Assembly (NCBI GenBank): GCA_002336725.1
Contig: DDEO01000031.1
Coordinates: 1 to 35,362, forward strand
DNA from: Bacteroidetes bacterium UBA1952
Lineage (GTDB): Bacteria > Bacteroidota > Bacteroidia > Chitinophagales > Chitinophagaceae
Reading direction: 5' to 3'
Length of the DNA stretch: 35,362 nt
Of this stretch, positions 17,922-24,364 are shown in pieces. The notes beneath the pieces are model-generated. The model saw only the letters and a list, made by a program, of their open reading frames with translations. It searched no databases and was not told the DNA's origin. Every line of letters begins with the position of its first letter. The stretch's first letter is position 1. Both the position numbers and the translations under genes were made by a program.

Positions 17922-18749
17922 CTACGTGGTGCTGGCCTTTTCCATCTCGGTGATGATGGGCTGGCTCACACCGGTCATCGAGAAGCCGCCGTCATGAAAG
18001 AGGTTTTGCATCGTTACGTAGCGCGTCAGGTCGGAGAACAGGGCGCAGCAGAAGGCGGCGCAGTCTTCGGCGGGCGCATTGCCAAGCGGACTCATCTTGT
18101 CGGCATACGAGAAGAAGGCATCGAAACCGCCCACGCCGGAGCCGGCAGTGGTTACGGTCGGCGACTGGCTCACGGTGTTTACGCGCACTTTGCGGGCAAA
18201 GCCATAGTGATAGCCAAAGGAGCGGGCAATGCTCTCGAGCAGGGCTTTGGCTTCGGCCATATCGTTGTAGCCGGGGAAGGTGCGCTGCGCCGCGATATAG
18301 GTGAGGGCCACCACCGAAGCGTGTTCGCTCAGCGCGTCCATCTTCAGGGCCGTTTGCAGCACTTTGTGCAGCGAGAGCGCCGAGATGTCGAGCGTTTTAA
18401 GGAAATTATCGTAGTTGGTATCGGTGTAGGGAATGCTTTTGCGCACATTGGGACTCATGCCAATGCTGTGGAGCACGAAGTCCACCTTGCCGCCGAAGTG
18501 ATTCTGGGCTTCTTCAAACAGTTTGGTCAGGTCTTCCACCGAGGTCGCGTCGGCACCAATGACGGGCGCGTCGTTGCACTGGGCGGCAAGCTCGCGGATT
18601 TTGCCCATGCGCAGGGCGATGGGTGCGTTGGAAAGCACGATTTGTGCGCCTTCTTCGGTGGCTTTCAGCGCCGTTTTCCAGGCGATGGAGCGTTCGTCGA
18701 GTGCGCCGAAGATGATTCCTTTTTTACCGGCAAGAAGTGAGTTGGCCAT
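17922..18749 (-). CDS. fabI: Enoyl-[acyl-carrier-protein] reductase (NADH), FabI
   Basis: MANSLLAGKKGIIFGALDERSIAWK...SIGMSPN...YIAAQRTFPGYNDMAEAKALLES...NTVSQSPTVTTAGSG is the typical FabI SDR pattern (Y..M...K). Confidence 0.9.
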   Translation of the reverse strand: MANSLLAGKKGIIFGALDERSIAWKTALKATEEGAQIVLSNAPIALRMGKIRELAAQCNDAPVIGADATSVEDLTKLFEEAQNHFGGKVDFVLHSIGMSPNVRKSIPYTDTNYDNFLKTLDISALSLHKVLQTALKMDALSEHASVVALTYIAAQRTFPGYNDMAEAKALLESIARSFGYHYGFARKVRVNTVSQSPTVTTAGSGVGGFDAFFSYADKMSPLGNAPAEDCAAFCCALFSDLTRYVTMQNLFHDGGFSMTGVSQPIITEMEKASTT

Positions 18750-18861
18750 AGAGGGCGAAGATAACGCGCGGCGTTGGAAAGTGTTGGTGCCCTTCGGCTT
18801 CTAATAGACTGCCGAAGAGAAAGGGTTTTCGGGATGAGCACGGATGGAAAAATCCCTTTAA

Positions 18862-18884
18862 ATCCCTGAAAATCCGGGGTCTAT
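18862..18884. repeat. Dispersed ~22-nt motif ATCC(C)TGAAAATCCGSGGTCTAT, copy 1
   Basis: atccctgaaaatccggggtctat here, versus atcctgaaaatccgcggtctat at 27387..27408. Confidence 0.6.
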
Positions 18885-19044
18885 TGCAGAACGCCTAACC
18901 TCATGAGCTTGTAGAAGCCGGCAGGAGTGCTGCTATTGGGCGGGCAAAGCACGATAGCATTTCCGGAAATTCAAGTGGGTGTCGCACCCCTGTTTACAGA
19001 ATACGCACCGTCTGAAGATGAAAAAGCGCGTTCGGGTATGGGCA

Positions 19045-19084
19045 TAAAAAATCCCGGAAAATCAGGCTTGATTTCCGGGATTTT
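19045..19084 (-). terminator. Terminator of ssrA (hairpin usable in both directions)
   Basis: An 11-bp stem aatcccggaaa / tttccgggatt. On the minus strand it is followed by ttttttatgcc. Confidence 0.8.
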
Positions 19085-19093
19085 AAGAGATTG

Positions 19094-19465
19094 TGGAGCC
19101 GGGCGGAATCGAACCGCCGTCCAAACAAGTGCCCAATACGCTTTCTACAGGTTTATTCGCGGCATTAGAATCTCGGAAAACGGCCGGAGCCGGACGAACC
19201 TACCGGTTTCCCAGTTGCTGTTTTTAAGCGGTGCGCCGCAACGAGCGCACAACCGATGCTTTGTTGGAGTGATGGGCGGCGGCGGCGTACAAAGCCAAAA
19301 CGCATGCGGCGGCCCAATGGCTTACGCTAGTTCTTTAGGAATTAGGCAGCCATGGCATACTGAGTATTGCCATTTAGGATTTGGATCTTCAGATTTACGT
19401 GCTAATAATCCAACGCACGACCTGCTTACGTATCCTGCCCCCTGCTGTCAAAACCGGTCGGCCCC
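19094..19465 (-). ncRNA. ssrA: tmRNA (transfer-messenger RNA); tag peptide GNTQYAMAA
   Basis: The minus strand starts GGGGCCGACCGGTTTTGACAGC. It ends with the T-arm GGCGGTTCGATTCCGCC plus CGGCTCCA. The acceptor pairs 5' GGGGCCG with 3' CGGCTCC and includes the G3:U wobble. The tag ORF GGC AAT ACT CAG TAT GCC ATG GCT GCC TAA lies at 19371..19342. CCA is not encoded. Confidence 0.95.
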
Positions 19466-19574
19466 GGTGATTTTCAGACAAAAGACGATAGCGGAAAGGC
19501 AAAAGACTATCGGCCTTTGGGAAAAGATACTTTTTTCAAAGAACTGCCTGCGAATATACGATTTTTTCCGGAAA

Positions 19575-19898
19575 CTACGGATTTTCCCGTCGGCTGTTCA
19601 GGAGCCGGAAGTACATTTTCTGCCAGTGTTCCGCATCTTTTTTGTGCTGCACGGCTTTTTGCTGCGCTTTTTGCAACTGCTGGTTTATTTCTTCAAAAAT
19701 TTCTTCCTGTAACCACTGTTTTTTGGTCAGTGTTTTTGCTTCCCGAAGCCGCTCTGTCAGCACTTTTGCATCCGCCAACTCGCCTTCCAGTGCTTCAATA
19801 TGCTGTTTGAGTACGGAGATATAGTGGTGCAGAAATCCATAGGCTTCTTCCGGGCTGTATTGCCGGTGTATTCTCAGCAGAATGTCTCTTTCTTCCAT
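19575..19898 (-). CDS. Hypothetical small (107 aa) coiled-coil protein
   Basis: ORF with ATG at 19898. The sequence is heptad-like and K/E/Q-rich (LKQHIEALEGELADAKVLTERLREAKTLTKKQWLQEEIFEEINQQLQKAQQKA). The overlapping + strand ORFs are Cys/Phe-rich junk. It is divergent from the WYL regulator gene. Confidence 0.55.
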   Translation of the reverse strand: MEERDILLRIHRQYSPEEAYGFLHHYISVLKQHIEALEGELADAKVLTERLREAKTLTKKQWLQEEIFEEINQQLQKAQQKAVQHKKDAEHWQKMYFRLLNSRRENP

Positions 19899-20187
19899 GC
19901 TGCAAAATAGTTTTTTCTTTTGGTCAAACGTAGCACAGGCCTGGTTGATGCCTTTTTAAAAGGTGATTTTTCCGGAAAATAAGCTGCAACCCTTTTACCC
20001 ACGACGCTCTTTGGCGGGGGCGCATTTCACCTTTGCCTGAAATCTTCCTTTTCTACTTATACCATTTTGCTGGTTAAATTTTGCATAGAAATTCTGGCTC
20101 CAGCCCTTACGCAGCAAGGGTTTTAGGAGATTTTATGTGCAAGATTTAGCTGTCCGTTTGGTATTATGCGCCAACTTTCCCCACGCC

Positions 20188-21093
20188 ATGTCTAAAAGAG
20201 AAAGCAACCAACGGCAGCTTCTGATTATCCGCAGGCTGCAACGCGGACCTGCCACCTTTGCCGAAATTCAGGACCACCTGAAGCGGCACTCGGAACAAAC
20301 AGGCTATTCTTTTACCACTTCGGTGCGCACCTTCAAGCGCGACTGCGAAGAAATCTCCCAGAGCCGCAAATACGAGATTCAGTATGATTTTTCGGCGCGC
20401 GTATGGCGGATGGAAGAGCAGGAAGGATATGAGGAAAGCGACCGAATGCTGGAAGCCATGGAAATACAATATGCCTTAAGGCTCGCCGACGGGCTGGCGC
20501 AGCAGGTTCATTTCGAGCCGCGCAAACCTGCCGGAACGGAGCATTTTTATGGCTTGCTGCAAGCCATTCAAAACCGGCTGCTGGTAGCGTTCCGGTACCA
20601 TAAATTCTGGGAAGCAGACTTCACACTCCGGCGGGTGCGGCCCCTGGCTTTAAAGGAGTTCCGGAGCCGCTGGTATCTGCTGGCCTTTGAGGAACACAGC
20701 GATACGCTCAAAACGTTTGGCCTCGACCGGATGGATGGCCTGGAAATTCTGCGCAAGCGTTTTCCGGAACCGGCTCCGCTCGATGTAGCGGCCCTCTACC
20801 ACGATGCTTTTGGCATTCTCAACGATGAAGACGCGCCGCCGCAGGACGTGGTGCTGTGGCTGGAGCCGGTGCAGGCAGGCTATGTGCGCACTTTTCCGCT
20901 GCATCATTCGCAGCGCATCGAGCGCGAAGACGACGACGGCATTACGCTCCGGCTGCGGGTACGCCTGACGCATGATTTTGTAATGGAGCTGTTGTCTTTC
21001 GGTCCGCAGGTGAAAGTGCTGAAGCCCGCCGCGCTGGTGCGCGAAATGCACAGTGCGCTTCAGGCTGCGTTGGCACATTATGAGGGGAGATGA
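20188..21093 (+). CDS. HTH + WYL domain transcriptional regulator
   Basis: From ATG 20188: MSKRESNQRQLLIIRRLQRGPATFAEIQDHL (winged-HTH-like). The central segment LLVAFRYHKFWEADFTLRRVRPLALKEFRSRWYLLAFEEHSDTLKTFGLDRM is a WYL domain pattern, followed by a C-terminal extension. Confidence 0.8.
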   Translation: MSKRESNQRQLLIIRRLQRGPATFAEIQDHLKRHSEQTGYSFTTSVRTFKRDCEEISQSRKYEIQYDFSARVWRMEEQEGYEESDRMLEAMEIQYALRLADGLAQQVHFEPRKPAGTEHFYGLLQAIQNRLLVAFRYHKFWEADFTLRRVRPLALKEFRSRWYLLAFEEHSDTLKTFGLDRMDGLEILRKRFPEPAPLDVAALYHDAFGILNDEDAPPQDVVLWLEPVQAGYVRTFPLHHSQRIEREDDDGITLRLRVRLTHDFVMELLSFGPQVKVLKPAALVREMHSALQAALAHYEGR

Positions 21094-21172
21094 ACACCAA
21101 CACCTGAATGATTCGGAAGGAAACGTCTTCCGTTGTGTCCCTTTCCTTCGCATTGCTGTTCTCCGTTTTGTC

Positions 21173-21242
21173 ATTCCGCCGAAAGGCGGAATCTCAGAAG
21201 AACACCACTGTATGATTGTGAGACCCTGCCTTTCGGCAGGGT
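21173..21242. repeat. Pair of short tetraloop hairpins (REP-like)
   Basis: attccgcc-gaaa-ggcggaat (21173..21192) and accctgcc-tttc-ggcagggt (21223..21242). Confidence 0.7.
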
Positions 21243-21258
21243 GACAAAACAGGACGCT

Positions 21259-21343
21259 GTAGAGACAAGGCATGCCTTGTCTCTACGGGAAGGCATACCT
21301 TGTCTCTACGGGAAGGCATACCTTGTCTCTACGGGAAGGCACT
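21259..21343. repeat. Hairpin whose 3' arm is iterated: 3 x 23-nt tandem repeat
   Basis: gtagagacaagg-cat-gccttgtctctac, then the unit ccttgtctctacgggaaggcata at 21275, 21298 and 21321 (the last ends ...gcact). Confidence 0.9.
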
Positions 21344-21443
21344 GAATAGCCCCTTGCGAAAGTCTGTTTGTTCTCTTTCGAATGATACTTCCGCCGTTGC
21401 TATGGTTGCCACAGATGCAAATACATAATTATAAACTGATTCA

Positions 21444-21727
21444 TCATCTCCAGAATACAGAATAATGGAGATTGCGGGTTGCCGCTTTTCATCGGCACAG
21501 GCTCCGCCGCAATGACGTGTGCTGCAAGTACGCGGTGAAATGCGAGGCGTACGTCTTCCCACGTACGTAATCCGGCGTACGTCTTCCCACGTACGTAATC
21601 CGGCGTACGTCTTCCTGCGTACGTAATCCGTCATGGCGGGCTTGACCCGCCATCTCCATAATGCGGGTTGTCGGTGTTAAGGGTTAAACTCGCCATCTCC
21701 ACAATACAGAATAATCGATATTGTGGG
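21444..21727. repeat. Composite ~280-bp structured repeat (MITE-like) bounded by ~35-nt direct repeats
   Basis: catctccaSaatacagaataatSgaKatt..ggg occurs at 21444..21478 and 21692..21727. Internally there are the hairpin catggcggg..cccgccatc and a 28-nt tandem array. The right half recurs inverted at 28361..28492. Confidence 0.75.
21546..21629. repeat. 3 x 28-nt tandem repeat, each unit a hairpin
   Basis: The unit ggcgtacgtcttcccacgtacgtaatcc starts at 21546, 21574 and 21602. Each contains the inverted repeat cgtacgt-cttccc-acgtacg. Confidence 0.9.
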
Positions 21728-21806
21728 AATACTACACAACAACGAAAATGCTGCTTGAAACTACTTTCGCAAGAAGCCTAATGATAATCCATGGTTTTTT
21801 AATTCC

Positions 21807-22625
21807 TTAAATCACCACTTCGCTCGTCCAGCGGTAGCTTTTTTGAAGGTGAACCGAGAGCACTTCCATCTCCGCGATGCGTTCCAGCAACAATCCGGAA
21901 CGCACCAGCAACAGGTAAAGCAGGTAGTGGTAGGGCTGCGACAAATCGGCCAGTTGCGGCCAGGGTTTCCAGTTTCGGTTGTTGCCAAACCGGTGCTGAA
22001 CGGCTTCTTTTTCAGTCGTCAATCCTTCGGCTGTAACGTTTATCTGCTGGGTATAAACCGGGGCGCTCAGGGCGGGCGGCGCGTAATAATCCAGTTGCAG
22101 TTGATAGCTCACGCTTGCCGGCTCGCTAAATCCTGCCAGAGCGGCCCGGGCAGTTTCGGAGGACGGGTTTTCCCTACGCGCCAGAAGAAATGTTTGCAGC
22201 CGGGCATCGAGCTTCCAGAATGCGGTATTTAGCTGCTCCAGCCGTCCCGGTTGGTCGGCGCGGTCAAATTGTTGCAGCTTATTTCTCACATCTGCTACGG
22301 CTTTCTGAACCGCTATCTCGCACAGCACTTCAATAGCATCCACCCCGTCAATTTGCAGCAAGCCGCTCCGCACGCGGTGTTCCGTTTGTTGCAACACCAG
22401 TTTGAGCGGCACATCGCCCGGCAGCGTACCAGCCACCCGTCGGGCAATACCGGGCCGCAACAGCGCAACCAGGCTCTCGAGTGCCGAAGGCATTTGCTGC
22501 TGCGCCGCGCCGAGCAGAGTTTGCAGGTAACACCGCCTTTCGTAAGTTCCGGCCATGCCGAGCCAGTGATGCGCCAAAAAGTAAGCAACATCGGCCTCGA
22601 GAGAGAAATAATGCACGCCGTTCAT
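21807..22625 (-). CDS. Hypothetical protein (272 aa), no recognisable family
   Basis: Long ORF. The start was chosen at MNGVHYFSLEADVAYFLAHHW (ATG 22625), because the upstream part of the track ORF runs through the palindromic element and the intergenic region. No motif was recognised by eye. Confidence 0.6.
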   Translation of the reverse strand: MNGVHYFSLEADVAYFLAHHWLGMAGTYERRCYLQTLLGAAQQQMPSALESLVALLRPGIARRVAGTLPGDVPLKLVLQQTEHRVRSGLLQIDGVDAIEVLCEIAVQKAVADVRNKLQQFDRADQPGRLEQLNTAFWKLDARLQTFLLARRENPSSETARAALAGFSEPASVSYQLQLDYYAPPALSAPVYTQQINVTAEGLTTEKEAVQHRFGNNRNWKPWPQLADLSQPYHYLLYLLLVRSGLLLERIAEMEVLSVHLQKSYRWTSEVVI

Positions 22626-22713
22626 AGCCGGAGCAGGTAATTTTTTAAAGAAGCAAAACTGAAGCAGGCAGCCGCCAAACCACGTCGGGGTCTCCGCGTT
22701 TTTTTGTGCGGAA

Positions 22714-22749
22714 AGAAACCTATAAGGTTTTTGAAACCTTATAGGTTTG
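22714..22749. repeat. 36-nt palindromic element, copy 1 (15-bp perfect stem, 3-nt loop)
   Basis: ag-aaacctataaggttt-ttg-aaaccttataggttt-g. It is the exact reverse complement of 23837..23872. The right arm plus the flanking g forms TAGGTTTG (22742..22749), a TAnnTTTG match 43 nt upstream of the deacetylase ATG. Confidence 0.9.
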
Positions 22750-22791
22750 GAACAAATTTCCGGAAAGACTGTTTCTTCGCAGTCCCTGCCT

Positions 22792-23703
22792 ATGCCGCCG
22801 CCCTTCATTGCCTTCGACCCGATTTATGCCCATCCGCTGCCCGAAGGTCACCGCTTCCCGATGCTCAAATACGAGCTGATACCGGCCCAACTGCTCCACG
22901 AAGGCACGATTCCGGAAAGCGCACTCTTTGCGCCCCATCCCATTCCGGAAAATAGCATCCTGCGCACCCACGATGCGGATTACTGGCAGCGCATGAAAGC
23001 CCTCCAACTATCGCCCCGCGAGATGCGCGCCATTGGGTTTCCGCTCTCGGCGCCGCTCGTGGAAAGGGAAATCCGCATCCTGCAGGGCACGCTCGACTGC
23101 GCACGTATCTCCGAAACCACCGGCGTGGCGCTCAACGTGGCCGGCGGCACGCACCACGCTTTTGCCGATAAAGGCGAAGGCTTTTGCCTGCTCAACGATT
23201 TTGCCGTGGCGGCCAACGAACTCCTTTTCCGGAATCCCAAAGAGCGCATCCTTATCTGCGACCTCGACGTGCATCAGGGCAACGGCACGGCGGCGCTGCT
23301 TTCCGGAAATAAAAGCGTTTTTACCTTCTCGATGCACGGGGCGCACAACTATCCATTCCACAAGGAAAAAAGCACCCTCGACATTGGTTTGCCCGACGGC
23401 ATTTCCGGAAAAGAATACCTGCAGATTCTTCGGGAAAATCTCCCCAAAATCATCGACACCTTTCGCCCCACACGCCTTTTTTACCTGAGCGGCGTGGATG
23501 TACTCTCGACCGATAAATTCGGCAAAATGGGCCTCACGCGGGAAGAATGCGCCGCCCGCGACCGCTTTGTGCTGGAAACCGCCCGGTGTCATTCGCTGCC
23601 GGTAGCGGTGGCGATGGGCGGCGGCTATTCACCGGAAATAAAAGACATTGTGGAAGCGCACTGCAACACGTTCCGGATTGCAGTAGATGTGTTTGGGCTG
23701 TGA
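22792..23703 (+). CDS. Histone deacetylase family (Zn-dependent deacetylase/amidohydrolase) protein
   Basis: From MPPPFIAFDPIYAHPLPEGHRFPMLKYELI. Motifs: NVAGGTHHAFADKGEGFCLLND, DLDVHQGNGTA, SMHGAHNYP, SGVDVLSTDKFG and MGGGYS. Confidence 0.9.
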   Translation: MPPPFIAFDPIYAHPLPEGHRFPMLKYELIPAQLLHEGTIPESALFAPHPIPENSILRTHDADYWQRMKALQLSPREMRAIGFPLSAPLVEREIRILQGTLDCARISETTGVALNVAGGTHHAFADKGEGFCLLNDFAVAANELLFRNPKERILICDLDVHQGNGTAALLSGNKSVFTFSMHGAHNYPFHKEKSTLDIGLPDGISGKEYLQILRENLPKIIDTFRPTRLFYLSGVDVLSTDKFGKMGLTREECAARDRFVLETARCHSLPVAVAMGGGYSPEIKDIVEAHCNTFRIAVDVFGL

Positions 23704-23836
23704 TACCAAAGGAATATCGGTTTGTAGGGTATGCTGCCTTAGGAATATCTCGCAGAGGCGCAGAGACGCAGAGAAAAACACAGAGGCATTCAGGAGTACC
23801 ATACGACCAATAGGCATCTGGTATAAGAAGTCCCCG

Positions 23837-23872
23837 CAAACCTATAAGGTTTCAAAAACCTTATAGGTTTCT
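23837..23872. repeat. 36-nt palindromic element, copy 2 (inverted relative to copy 1)
   Basis: c-aaacctataaggttt-caa-aaaccttataggttt-ct, the reverse complement of 22714..22749, including the loop and flanking bases. Confidence 0.9.
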
Positions 23873-23909
23873 GATGCCCCGGATTTCCGGAAAAAGCCGG
23901 GCAAAGTCC

Positions 23910-24338
23910 TCAAAACGGCTCTTCCAGATCTTCGAGCGTAAGGCGGATTGTCGGTGGCAGGAAAGGCGCAGCCGTGCAGCGAAAATGCATACACTCAAAA
24001 ATATCAGTTACCTGACCTTCGTGTGATAGAATGATCAAATCCATGCGATGCCGCGAGGCATTTCCCCGAAACTGATAACCGGCGCAGCGAAAATGGCAGT
24101 TCTCGGAATTGCAGTGGCCGCCATAAGCCTCCAGCCATTCGTTGCCCGCCCGCCGGAAGATTTCAAATACCGGCTCCAGCAATTCATACAGAAAATAATC
24201 CTTGTCGCAGTCCTGATACCGGTAGTCGTCGCACAGCAGCGTGTCGAGCATATCGGTGTCCATCCGCTGGATGAAATACACCACGGTATCGAGCTGAGTG
24301 TTCAGAGGGGGCTTTTGCAGGCCGCGAATGATTTCCAA
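23910..24338 (-). CDS. Hypothetical Cys/His-rich protein (142 aa)
   Basis: The ORF starts 26 nt downstream of the alanine-dehydrogenase-family gene on the same strand. It contains a GGHCNSENCHFRCAGY...ECMHFRC cluster. No family was recognised. Confidence 0.55.
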   Translation of the reverse strand: MEIIRGLQKPPLNTQLDTVVYFIQRMDTDMLDTLLCDDYRYQDCDKDYFLYELLEPVFEIFRRAGNEWLEAYGGHCNSENCHFRCAGYQFRGNASRHRMDLIILSHEGQVTDIFECMHFRCTAAPFLPPTIRLTLEDLEEPF

Positions 24339-24364
24339 AGAGAATTTTTTTGAGAAAACAATCC

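Noticed and set aside
18750-19093. Genomic island integrated at the 3' end of ssrA
   Set aside because: Only ~340 bp separate the tmRNA 3' end from fabI. I found no integrase and no second copy of the ssrA 3' terminal sequence (tggagccgggcggaatcgaacc) in the window.
18927-19712. 261-aa + strand ORF
   Set aside because: It runs antisense through the tmRNA gene and its terminator and through intergenic DNA. The tmRNA assignment explains the region.
21259-21629. Possible CRISPR array (regularly repeated 23-nt and 28-nt units)
   Set aside because: The units are directly contiguous with no unique spacers. Only three copies of each are present, and no cas genes or leader lie nearby. They are tandem repeats.
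22626-22808. N-terminal extension of the 21807..22808 ORF, and the MEQISGK extension of the deacetylase ORF (22747)
   Set aside because: Both extensions read through the shared palindromic element and leader. Family-typical N-termini begin at the internal Met codons (22625 and 22792).
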